From contig AP026169.1 in assembly GCA_030295235.1 (NCBI GenBank), forward strand, positions 62,001 through 126,000: DNA of 64,000 nt, in the 5' to 3' direction. The DNA is from Fistulifera solaris. Its lineage: Eukaryota. This document shows, piece after piece, positions 12,503-23,667 of this stretch (position 1 is its first letter; every line of letters begins with the position of its first letter). Position numbers and translations under genes: made by a program. The notes below the pieces were generated by a model. It ran no database searches. It had not been told where the DNA came from and saw nothing but the letters and a program-made list of their open reading frames with translations.

Positions 12503-13728
12503 TCATTCCTGTTCAATGCGATGATATAGCATTTGACTCCACAATTGATGCGGTCCGGGCAAACAAAAGTGGGTCCCATCAAAACTCGCATCCGCCCGCG
12601 CCAACATGAGGGGCGCCGTATCCAAGATTTGGAAATTCCGTCGACGTTTTTCACTGGCAAGAATGCGCAACAACAATTTGTTTTGCATGGGTTGTTCGGG
12701 AGAATTGCCTCCGTACAAACTCCATTTGGCGTGCATGTTGGGTTGTGAACCGCCGGCTTGCGAGGAATTTGTATTCCAATCACCCGCGCCGCGGAGAAAA
12801 TGCCGCGGTTCGGTCGTTCGGACAAAGATGTGTGTGTCGGGTAAGAGACCGTAACTGATATCTTGCAAATGCGACATGAGTTTGGTGTAGTTGGTGCTCC
12901 ATTCCGGTCCTTTCACGCCTCTTCCACAATGATGTCCGTAATTGATGATGAGATAATCTTGCGGCTGCGCGTTTTGTAAAAAAGTCGTTGGCACTTCTCG
13001 CAATTCTTCACCACAAAAATCCGCCATGCGTTGAATGGTGCGTTCTGCTTGTTCCTGGGTAAAGTCCAAGATATGCAGTAGTTCACAGCGCAATACTTGC
13101 GCCCATTGTCGTGTGACACTATCACCGACCAAATAGATGGTCCGATTGTGCAGTAAACGTCGTACGCGCTGTTTGTATTCTTCGACGTGGTACGGCAAGA
13201 CTTGATACGGGAAAGAATCAGATTCCCATACCCACGGATCACTCGCATTCAAAATGCCCGGACTGTTTGCGACGGCCTGTTTCAAAATAGCGCGATGACG
13301 GGATTGCTTGGCTTTGTCGTTACTGTATTTCCACGCATCGGGATCGTGACAATTGCCTTGTCGTTCTAAATCGAGACATTGCAAATGTTCGGCCGAATAT
13401 TGTAACGCTTGATTCGGTCGATTCACCCACCGTCCGGCGACGGCTGCGGCTTCCGGCGTACTATGCACACGCCATAATAAATCGTATTCCGGGAGAGCTG
13501 TTGTTGTTGATGTTGCTAGATGATTCGTTTCCGTTGCTAGATCCGAGGAATCTTTTATTATTAGAGTAGTCGGAGATTGGGAAACGGGCACGATGATGGT
13601 TTGTAGAAAGGAAAAAAAGACACGAATAGTACATCGTCAACATTGTCAAGACGGCAAAGACGCGAACGATCCACGTCGTGGTGTTGTTGCGCAGTAAAAG
13701 AGACCGCAAGAAAAGAAAAAGATGTCAT
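12503..13728 (-). CDS. TBL/PC-esterase (SGNH-like) polysaccharide O-acetyltransferase-like protein, type II membrane; apparent frameshifts at ~13715 and ~13615
   Basis: GDS motif IYLVGDSVTRQW and C-terminal D-x-x-H motif FDGTHFCLPGP (plant TBL consensus DCxHWCLPG). The TM segment (WIVRVFAVLTMLTMYYSCLF) lies in the overlapping ORF 13461..13709. Start ATG at 13728 is inferred. Confidence 0.78.
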
Positions 13729-14736
13729 GGGCGATGAAGTATGGAAACGAGAAGAAAAAAGAGGTCTATTACAGTAGAGTAGAAGAAGCAAAGGAGTGAG
13801 GATGAAGGCTCGATCAAGGCAGTGCAGAGTGCAGAGTGCAGACTGAATAAGAATTTTGGGATGTAAAATTGTACAAGTATGAATTTTGTGGTCGTCTCCG
13901 TCTCCGTCTTTGTCTCCGTTTTCCCTCCAAGAGCATGCGGTTCTCGAAACGAGAGCAGACAGCACACTGGCTCCGGGTGTACCTGGTACTAAGTGTTTAA
14001 ATTCGCATTCACGAACGATAAGGTCACACTTTATCACTGGCACTTTTCTATAGTAAATGAGGCGTGGGGCTTATCGTTTCAACGAACGGTGAAGCATGCC
14101 TTTGTAAACCGTCCAGAAACGTCCAAGTCCCTGTCTCAGCAACTACTCTTTATCCCAGTGTACTAAAATTTCGTCAAGACTGGATATCATGAGTCATGAG
14201 AAAAAAACAGGATCTAAGCTTTAAAATTTGTTATTACATTGCGATTTTCACATTTGTGCGAGCACACGACATAACGAAAATGAGAAAATCGACGGCCGAC
14301 GAGCCGCTTTCTAAGCTAGAATAATGGCTAACGTTTGCTACCGTGAAGAACGCCATCCGAACTCTGAGTCGAAATAGTGATTCGAGAGTCGAGCTACAGT
14401 AGCAGAAGCTGATTGATAGCAGAGCTGTCCGTTTTTATGGGCTTTTTTCATGAAAGAAATAATGACAATCAACGTTTACAAATAATAGACAAGCCGCAAT
14501 CCGCAATCCATAGCGGCAGTCGTAATAGTGATAGGCTCAATGATCATTCCCGATATGGCTGACGCCCTTTCAGCATGGCCTTCTAAGCCGATACCTGGTA
14601 CAAGCACAATGGATAAATATTTTCGGGTTAACTTCTGTACAAGATTTAGCTGATTCTTGCAATTCGAATCAGAAAGACTTGTTGTTTCGCTGTTACCAGT
14701 AAATGTGCAATGGCGTCGTTGATATCAAACGAAGAT

Positions 14737-17426
14737 TCAATGACCCGGGAACAGATTCTCCCATTCTTCAATAGGACGATTATAACCCCATTCGACAATG
14801 TCATCCCAGTTCAAAACTTGTTCTTTCAGTGGCATAGTAGCTTGCTTTGTCGTCCATAATCCCTGCATGACATCGTTGGTGACCTTCGAATCAGGCCTAT
14901 GTTGCAAGAGGTGCTGCAAGTGACGCACTGTTTCTTCTTGACGCCACGCCTCGGACAAGTCTGTTTGATACTCAAACGCGCTATAGGTCACATTGTTTTT
15001 CACGAAAGCTGTCTTGATCTGGTGATAAAATTGTGTCGTCGACGCCACATAGTTTTCAAAGGCGGTCTTGTCGACCCGAATAGCGTCCTCAGCTGTAATT
15101 TCTACGTTCATCCAGTGATTTGTGGAAAGCGCAATTTGCAAAGATACATAAGCCTCCAACAAATTTCGTCGCCACAAGACGATCACCACCGCATCACGAG
15201 GAATTTGCGCGATGAATGGCTCTATCGAATCTTCCACATGCTCTGGAAATACTTTGAGCGCAAAGTACGACTGCTTGGGCGATGGGATCCCTTGCAAGAA
15301 TCGTATGAACGCCATGGGATCGTCATGCCTTTTTGAAATTGGTCCTGGAGTTTATGAAATAATTCCGTTCCACTGTGTTCGGTCATTAACGATACAAACA
15401 TATCATCCGGCGCTAGGAACTCTTGATACTTTGGAAAATATTTCATGGCGCGGTCACCCATCTGGCATTTGTCCTTTATATGATCGATAATCTGGGACAA
15501 AGCAAACAGCTTCAAAGAATCACTGGCTTGCGGACTGAGTAATTCCACTAGGTTCAGCATATCGGCATCTGGCCAAACTATACCGAGCATTGCCAAAAAG
15601 TTAAATAGCAAGTTCGACCCCGTCCGTGGAGTCCCAAAAACAAAGATAGGGCGATGAGAATGTTCTTCCGCAGTAGGGCAGATGAACCTTTGACTCTCCA
15701 TCTCGTTTGCCACTGGACTTTCAATTATTATGGTTGTATCGTTTACTGGTATATCGACAGGAACGTCCGGATTGGATTCAATGCCAAACAAATCTTCCGA
15801 CCACGTTTCTTTGTATCCCCAATCGTCTCGTAACTGATTCCAGTTCAATATTTGCTCCGGCAATGGAGAGTCCTTCGAAAAGTCGGGCAATTGTAAATGC
15901 TGTTGTGTCGCTGGCAGTTGCAACAACGATTGTAGCTTACTCCACGTCGATAATAGCTCACTGGCACTCGCAAGATCGCGATGGTATTCCAGTACCAAGG
16001 ATTGTTGTGGTGCCTTGGTTTGCAAAAAGAATCGAATTTTTCCAAAATATTCCTTGGTTTGTCCCACATACCGCTGCAGTGGTTCTTGTTCCACCACCAG
16101 TTTGCTTGCGATGGACCCAGAAGAATCACTGGAATAATAATGCTCTTCCAACATGACACGCTGATGTGCCGCGTACGATTGCAGCAAATTCTGTCGATAA
16201 ATGACCACAAAGACACTGTCGTGTTGTTGCAATTCGAGTAAGAATGCCTCCAGCGGCATATGAAAATGTTGCCATTCTTCTCGTTGCAACAAAAAGACAA
16301 AATGCGTATGAACCGACGGAATCCGACGTAGGAACGATAGCCATTGCCACGGTCGCAAAAAGCGATTTTGGAATTTTCGCATCAATTCCAAATACAAGTC
16401 GCGGCCATGATGATGATTATTATTATTAGTACTGTTTTCGGTCTCGTTCATGAGTTGAGCAAAGAGGGCGTGAATGTCTTGACCAAAGGTTTCTTGTTGT
16501 GGTGTGTACCATATGTTTGGATCACCAATTTGACAATTTTGTTTCAATTGATCAATGAGACGTACCAACATGGGTACTTGTTGTCGATCGTCGGCAAACA
16601 AATCCGATAATACCCAAAGATGAGGATCTTGGGCCATGATATGCAACAACGTCTCGGCACCGGAATGGGCTTGTGTGAATAGGACAATCGGTTGATGTAA
16701 ATGAAATTCTGCCAACGACGACGACGACGACGACGACGACTCGGGCACTGGACAAAGAAAGGGAGTTTGATATTTCTGGTTGTGCGTCTCGTCAGAATGG
16801 TTGCGTTGTTGTAGAATGGACTTCTTTGGTGGTTGCGTATGTATTTTTCTTTTTCTTGGGCAGGTTCCGTTGGTGGAACCTTGGGCTTGGGCTTGGGCTT
16901 ATCCTTATCTTGACCAAGCCGTTTTACTCGTTGGTCTTCTTTTTTCTTTTTCTTTTTCTTGTTCTTGAATATTATTCTGTCGTTTTTTGACACGTTGTTC
17001 ACGATACACAACTTGTGGTTGATGATGATGATTGAGTTCAGGAGAAGGCACGTACGGATGTCGTAACAGCGTCGTAATACTCCAAAAACTAAAGAGTAAA
17101 CTGGCGACACCCAACCAAACAAAGGCTGGATTTTTGACCATTTTGCTATCTTCGTGCGGTGGTGATTTTCGTCGTCGATACGGAGTATTATTAATACTAC
17201 TACTATTGCTGTGATTCGAATTGCTGTTAAGAGAAAGCTTTTGACGTGAGGAATTGGAACGAAATAATAAGAGATTTTTACTGCGATCATTGATGTTGGA
17301 AGGAGGCGGTCGTTGTGAAGTGGAAGAGATGGAGGACGACGACTCCGTGACATCTTGTTGTTGCAACGGCAGCATAAAGTAATCCGCCGATTTGCTGCGT
17401 CCGACCGTTCGTTTCCGTGTACTCAT
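14737..17426 (-). CDS. Type II membrane protein with two Stf0-like sulfotransferase domains (first degenerate, second intact); apparent frameshifts at ~16942, ~16848, ~15332
   Basis: TM (AFVWLGVASLLFSFWSITTLL) in ORF 16905..17426. Domain 1: IVLFTQAHSGAETLL...VIYRQNLLQSY...LEYHRDL. Domain 2: IFVFGTPRTGSNLLF...ALKVFPEH...VLWRRNLLEAYVSLQIA...FEYQTDL, across ORFs 15222..16748 and 14737..15315. Confidence 0.75.
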
Positions 17427-17991
17427 ACTGTTTTGTTTATGCCTTAAGGTAAAAATAAATGAAGAAACGATGTTGTATGATGAAAGGAGACCTTATTATT
17501 ATTATTCTTTGGGTCGCAATTTTTCTCAATCAGAGAAGCGGAATGAAGAATCATACTCCGCCGCATCGATCCATGAGAAACGAAAAAAAAAATAGGTTGA
17601 ACACAGCGCGCGCCATACAAAGTAAGAAATCAACGTTGCCCCCTACACCAAAATGTAGAGAAACCGGGACTCAGGTTCTGCAGGGCTATCCAGAAAGCAG
17701 TAGGAACGTCTCCATACTTTCTGGCTGTCTTCGATGACTGCATACTGCATGTGCTGTGGGTTGTGACCGAACCAAGATCGAATGCAGTCCGGGACTTGAC
17801 TGACGGAGTCACCTCGGCAGCGGATGATGACGAATGACAAAACAACGCCAACACAAGATCTTCTGTTTTTCGTCTCTCGCTCGCCCTACCAGAGTCTATA
17901 TATATATTATATAAATATATATCTATTATTATTCATTATCCTTGCTATTTTTTTATCGTTTATATTTCACACACACACAATCAATCAAATA

Positions 17992-19539
17992 ATGACTCCT
18001 CCTCGACACCAAGCGCTGACCTGTGTATTAACTTCGTTGGTCGTGTCGGTCTTACTTGGTTTGCATTCGTTCCAAACACAACAATGGGTGATGGAAGAAG
18101 AAACACGACTGATTTCACCACCGACGGTTGAGCAACTCATGATACAGGACGACGCTACGGTACTTGGAACCAATAGTTTGACGGTATCTCCGGCGGTAAG
18201 ACCACAATCACAGCCAGAAGAACAACAGGAGAAAGAGGTTGAAGAAGAATACGAAAAAGAGGAAGAACAAGGAGAAGAACACGAACACGAACAGGATATA
18301 GCTATGGAGGAAGAGGAGGAGGAGGAAGACGAACACGATAATAATATAGAAGATGAGGAAGACAAGGAAGAGGAGACATCAATAATTCAAACAATTTCTG
18401 AACAAGAAGAAACAACAAGAGATGATTCCGGAAATTCAAATGTTGAAAGTTTTTCCCCGTCATCGGAGATGAAAACGAGTTCGGAATACGACGGAATGGA
18501 GGATAACGAAACTCCAGCTCTTGAAACGACTGTCGAAACGAATTTGTCACCACCCACGATCGTTCCTGCTTCCCCTTATACGTTCCTTTGTGACACGGCC
18601 CCGCCTCACGCACAACCCTTTGAGCCCATCATCATGATAGCCAATGCACGGACGGGTTCCAATCTGTTTTTCAGTTTTCTCGGACGTTTGGCCCTCTTTC
18701 ATATGGATTTACTGCCACTCTATGAAATCTTTGGGAATGATTCACGATTGTTGGCACAATTGTTGAATCATATTTTGCAACAAATCGCGACAGGTTGTCA
18801 ATGGGAACAGGACGTTTCCTACAATCAAACTTGGACGGAACCCGAACAAGTCTTTGCAGCAGTCACCACCAGTAGTAGTATTGATTCGTCGCAACAAAGG
18901 ATATTGGAAGAATTGCAACACGTATTTACACACCGTTTAGAAGATCCGGCTCCCTTTTTAGAATTCTTACATCGCATCCCATCGACCATGCCACGGGCCT
19001 ACTATGCCTTGAAAGTGTTTCCGTTTCATGTTTTGGATTTGATGAAGATGAGTGTCACAGATTTCTTGGCCTTGTTCGAGAGTATGCCCAAGACGCAATA
19101 CATACTCTTGTGGCGACGCAACATGCTGGAAATCTTTGTTTCCTTTCAGATTGCTCTCACACGCAAAGGATGGGTCAACGTCGCTTCGACACAAGACAAT
19201 GCCGTGCAAGTGGATCGTAACGAATTGGAATGGTTCGTGCAACGTCTGGCGGACTTTTATCACCAAGCGGGAAACTATTTGTCCACCAAGTCCTGTCATA
19301 TCTTTGAATACGATCAGGATTTGAGTAATACGACCCAACAACTCAATACTGTCCAACGCATCCAAACGGAAATCTTGCAATTGCCGTCCAACGAAGAACA
19401 AGTGCAAATGGTTGTTGAGAAAGCTGGAACCACCAAACAAGCGATTGTGCCATTGTCACAACAGATTGTGAATTGGGAAGAAGTGCAACAGTGGGGATAC
19501 AGTGAATCGTCCTTGGATTGGCCGAATCTGTTTCCGTGA
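17992..19539 (+). CDS. Single-domain Stf0-like sulfotransferase, type II membrane with acidic stem
   Basis: Uninterrupted ORF from in-frame ATG 17992. TM (ALTCVLTSLVVSVLLGL), Glu-rich stem, then IMIANARTGSNLFF, LYEIFG, LKVFPFH, LLWRRNMLEIFVSFQIA and FEYDQDL. Confidence 0.87.
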   Translation: MTPPRHQALTCVLTSLVVSVLLGLHSFQTQQWVMEEETRLISPPTVEQLMIQDDATVLGTNSLTVSPAVRPQSQPEEQQEKEVEEEYEKEEEQGEEHEHEQDIAMEEEEEEEDEHDNNIEDEEDKEEETSIIQTISEQEETTRDDSGNSNVESFSPSSEMKTSSEYDGMEDNETPALETTVETNLSPPTIVPASPYTFLCDTAPPHAQPFEPIIMIANARTGSNLFFSFLGRLALFHMDLLPLYEIFGNDSRLLAQLLNHILQQIATGCQWEQDVSYNQTWTEPEQVFAAVTTSSSIDSSQQRILEELQHVFTHRLEDPAPFLEFLHRIPSTMPRAYYALKVFPFHVLDLMKMSVTDFLALFESMPKTQYILLWRRNMLEIFVSFQIALTRKGWVNVASTQDNAVQVDRNELEWFVQRLADFYHQAGNYLSTKSCHIFEYDQDLSNTTQQLNTVQRIQTEILQLPSNEEQVQMVVEKAGTTKQAIVPLSQQIVNWEEVQQWGYSESSLDWPNLFP

Positions 19540-19911
19540 AAAAGTGCTCTCCGGCTGGTTTGGGAGCGCTTGTAATGGCTCATTTGTTGGATATCCACTC
19601 GAAAGGTGTTTTCTTTTCATGCAACGATACCTTGTTCGAAAATGAGTGAGAAAAGCGACTTTTGTGATCTTATGTAAGGAAAGGTGATCTCGTTTCTAAA
19701 GAATAATCGTGTTTCGTCGAACACGGTCTGGTGAATCACGGACGAAGAGGGATCACGGCGAGCATAAGATTTGAGGGAGATCCACAAATGCGAAGAATGG
19801 GTTTTTGAGAACGCACTGGATGCAATGCTTGATTCGCATGTTCATTTCGTTGGGAAGGAACGCGATTGTGCCTACATTGAATCGACAATACCCAAAAACA
19901 ACTGAATCATC

Positions 19912-20667
19912 ATGGCCAAAGTTTCTAAGGATTACGCGTCGATTCCATCCATTGCGGCCGATGTCGAACATCGTGCAGACCATCAACGCTCCGCAACGTC
20001 GATCTACCACAGTTCCTTGCGTACACTCATCTGGGCTACGGCAGCGGTGGTTGGACTCACACTTCTGATCTGTTCTATGGCTCATGATTGCGGTATTTGG
20101 CAGTCGAGTCAAACGAACATGCCCATGAATGAGACGCATTCGTACGTTATGGAAGGACGAGCCAAATACGATGATGATTCGGACATGATGTCGAACGATG
20201 AATCCAGCCCCGTTCCTGTTCCGGGTGGCCCTGGAGGACCTCCGCCGCCTCTCCCACCCAAACGATTTTCGGAAGCCAGACACGGTCACAAGAATCACAA
20301 TCATGTCAAATCACATCACCATGACAAGCCTCATCATCACCATCATCGTCCTCCTCCTCATCATCATCATCATTCCAAGCAAGCTCATAGTGAAGACGAA
20401 CATAGTGAAAGCGACGATGAGAAGGGATGGATGTCTTCACTTCATGCGTGGTGGAACAATATGGCGGATAAAGTCGATGAGGAGGTTCACGAGAAAGAAG
20501 ATGAGAGCAAGGATAAACAAGACGAACAAAACGAAAATAGTAGCGATGAAATGAAAATAGGAAACATGACGGAGGGAGAGGAATCCGTCGTTGTCGTAAA
20601 ACATGCAGCGAACGCGGATATGAATGGACCAAATAATATGACGACTGATGAAAATGACGACAATTGA
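19912..20667 (+). CDS. Hypothetical single-pass membrane protein with Pro-, His- and acidic-rich regions
   Basis: 251-aa ATG ORF with one hydrophobic segment (LIWATAAVVGLTLLICSMA) and a His-rich tract. Confidence 0.65.
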   Translation: MAKVSKDYASIPSIAADVEHRADHQRSATSIYHSSLRTLIWATAAVVGLTLLICSMAHDCGIWQSSQTNMPMNETHSYVMEGRAKYDDDSDMMSNDESSPVPVPGGPGGPPPPLPPKRFSEARHGHKNHNHVKSHHHDKPHHHHHRPPPHHHHHSKQAHSEDEHSESDDEKGWMSSLHAWWNNMADKVDEEVHEKEDESKDKQDEQNENSSDEMKIGNMTEGEESVVVVKHAANADMNGPNNMTTDENDDN

Positions 20668-20962
20668 TGAGCAAAAAAATATGACGACTGATAATAATGA
20701 CGAAAATGGATGAACACGAAGGGATTGCTTTCAAAGGGAGGAAGATCCATTTTCGTTAACATTTTCAGGTAATGCATGTATAAAGCAAGATGATTTAGGT
20801 TTTCACGATGTTTTGTTGTAACATCAGAATCAGGTTTTGTCATCAACAAATTTAGTTCGTTCACTTTCTTCCTCTTTTACCATAAGCTAGACGTATAATC
20901 CAAATTATGGGATGACGATGTTCTTAAAAAAATCACGTTCTTGGTTTCTTTACTACTTATTC

Positions 20963-21542
20963 TTATTTGGTCAACTTGGATAAAATCGCCGCTCCGGCCA
21001 AAGACGCACCGGCCACCGGCACCATCACCCCGACCGCCAACGTTTGGAAAGCAACATTCGTGACGGAATCATCGGGAATGAGGAGCACGGCAGCCGCGGC
21101 TGCCAATAATGCCCCAATACCGGCTCCTTGAATGACGGCCGGCGGTGTCGCAATGGCCGTGGCCAAGAGTGGCAACGCACCCGGTGCCAAATCCACCACC
21201 GTTGGCAAGATTTTCAACAAATCCGGTCCACTGGCTTCGACCAGAATGAGAATATCCGGATATTCGGCGGCTAACGCGAGGAGTGGTTCAATTTTGGAAA
21301 GCGAGATCCCGGCCGCTTGGGCTTTACTCAACAAGCCACTGGCGGCGACTTTGGACAAGAGACGTTGTTCTTGAACTTTGGTCAATAAGGATTTGACAGC
21401 GACATTGTTACCGACGGTATCGACTTCATCGGCAAGTTGTGCGGCCGATGATAACGAAGAATACGATCGGGTAGGACTAGTCACGACAAATGCCGAAGAA
21501 ACGGTGCACAAAAGTGCTGACAAGAAAAAGAACGAAAACCAT
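20963..21542 (-). CDS. Plastid-targeted DUF1118-like (RIQ-like) membrane protein
   Basis: Signal + SSAF presequence; LLSKVAASGLLSKAQAAGISLSKIEPLL repeats; two C-terminal hydrophobic helices. Start ATG ~21542 is inferred across a probable indel. Confidence 0.68.
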
Positions 21543-22424
21543 TAGGGTGAGAAAGACATAGAAAAAAAGACAGGCAGTCGGGTTGCCTCCGCTTCGTTTT
21601 CATCTTGACATACCGGTAATGAGAAATGTCAACTTGACCATGATGATCATAGAAGAAAACAGGAAGGAAAAAAACAGAGAGGTGAAGTACAACAGTAGCA
21701 GCAACAGCAGCAGCTACAACAACAACAACAGCAACAACCGTTCCGGAAGCGCAGAAATATTGAAGACGTACAGTAAAGGATCGGCAGGGCCAAAACGATG
21801 ATTAGCGCCACAAACGTATGCGTGTTCACATCCGGCACTCACTTAAATGCCGACGTCATAGCCACGAAACGGGTGATGTACGGACAGACGATCGTGAGCA
21901 GTTCGTGTAAAGAGTACCGCACCGGTACCGGAGTGCATCTCCGGGTTGGGACCCGAACGGCAATCCAGTCGCAGTCGCAGGTGCGTTCCACCGTAGGAAA
22001 ATGGAGAGTTATTTTTATTGATTAACAATGGTGACAATCCGGATCCTATTTGACGCGAGAAACTAATCATTTTCAAATTGTTACTCCGTAGTATGTTTCA
22101 CTTGACAATGAATTCATCAATGAAGGACGGCCACTGGATGACTTATGTACCAGTAGCGACTCGTATGCATGGTTTTCTCATATCTTGTCTGCCTGGCTTG
22201 CCTGTCCGTCTGACAACTGTCTGTATGCCGTCCGCAAAAAACAAAGGAAGAAATCCTCGCTATGTCTCCCCTTGGCAATTGAACAATAGCTCTTACATCT
22301 TTACAATTCACCTTCCTTCCTTTCTACCGTACCTTTGTACTTGTGTATATATATACTTTGTAATCAATCTCCTCTCTCCTTCTACACAGCAATCACAAAT
22401 CATCATTAAAGAAGAAGAAGAAGA

Positions 22425-23667
22425 ATGGCGAACGAAGAAGCCCGCAATTTGTTGGATCAATTAATGGGCAGCGATCGGAATGCTCCGTTGCCGCCCGGTG
22501 CGGCCATTCCTCGGAAACGCGCCGCTGGAGAAACGTCTTTGGCGGCAACCGCACTATTGTTACCCGGCAAACGACAAAAGAGTTGTTTTGATCGTGATAT
22601 TGATCCATTGTATACGGCATGGGGGATTGATGTGTACGAATTGTTCAAAAATACAAAGTCCGATTTGGGCAGCACCAATCCGAATGTCGTCGACGAACAC
22701 GCACATCAAGAATTCTTGTCACTCACCCAAGAACAACAAGAACAAACGGGCTACTGGTATTTCTTGTTTCCAAAAATTACAAGAATTGGTCCGACAATGC
22801 GATCGGATTGTTAGTCGCAATCACGAAAAATTAAAACAAGAATTGTCCAAAAAACTATCCCAACGGGGTGGACAAGACTTTGTCGAAGATGTCGAAGATG
22901 CGGCCGTCGAAGCGTTGGTGGTCGATATGTGGCGATTGGAAGACATGACGGAGGAATGGCAAAAGCTGGTGCAACAACTGGAGGTCGTGTTACTGGAAGA
23001 AGAACAGGCCAAGAAACAATTGGAACCCATTTGGGAGGCGAGGAAATTGGCACAAGTTGAAACGAACAAAGAACAAGAAGAACAACAAGAACAAGAAGGT
23101 GTTGAAAACAAAACATCATCGGATGAACATGATATTCAAACGAATCATGAGGATGACACGGACCTTAAAACATTGCAGATGGAATTGGGCAAGGTTGCTT
23201 TGAAGAAGCAGCGTCTATTATTTGAAATCAGTCACATCATGTCCTTGTTGGCACCATTGCAAGAGAGTGTACAGAGTCAACGGCGCAATTTGGACTATGT
23301 CAAATCGGACATTTCTACCGACAAGACGGTGTGCGAGATATCGGGTAATTTCATGTCGAGCCGTGATGCCGATGAGCGCATTGCGGCACACTATGCAGGA
23401 AAGCAATATGTGGGATGGAAATTGGTACGGGACAAGTACAAGGAAATGGTGCAAACGTACGGACGGTACGGGCCTCCGCCACCGGCGCAACCACAAAATG
23501 TGCCGCCGCCGTCATCGTCGGCGTCGTATCAGCGAGGACGTCCTCCGCCACCACGTGATGCTGGTTATGGTAGTGGTGGTGGTGGTGGTCATTGGCATCG
23601 ACGTGGTGGCGGTGGATACGATCGCCGCGCACCGCCCGCTCGAGCGGGTGGGGGATGGCGGCGATGA
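22425..23667 (+). CDS. LUC7: LUC7-family U1 snRNP-associated splicing factor; apparent frameshift at ~22768
   Basis: ARNLLDQLMGSDRN, ELFKNTKSDLG, VCEISGNFMSSRDADERIAAHYAGKQYVGW, and an RGG-rich C-tail. Confidence 0.85.

Noticed and set aside
17824..17991. N-terminal extension of the 571-aa ORF
   Set aside because: AT-rich, UTR-like sequence; ATG 17992 gives a normal type II anchor like the paralogues.
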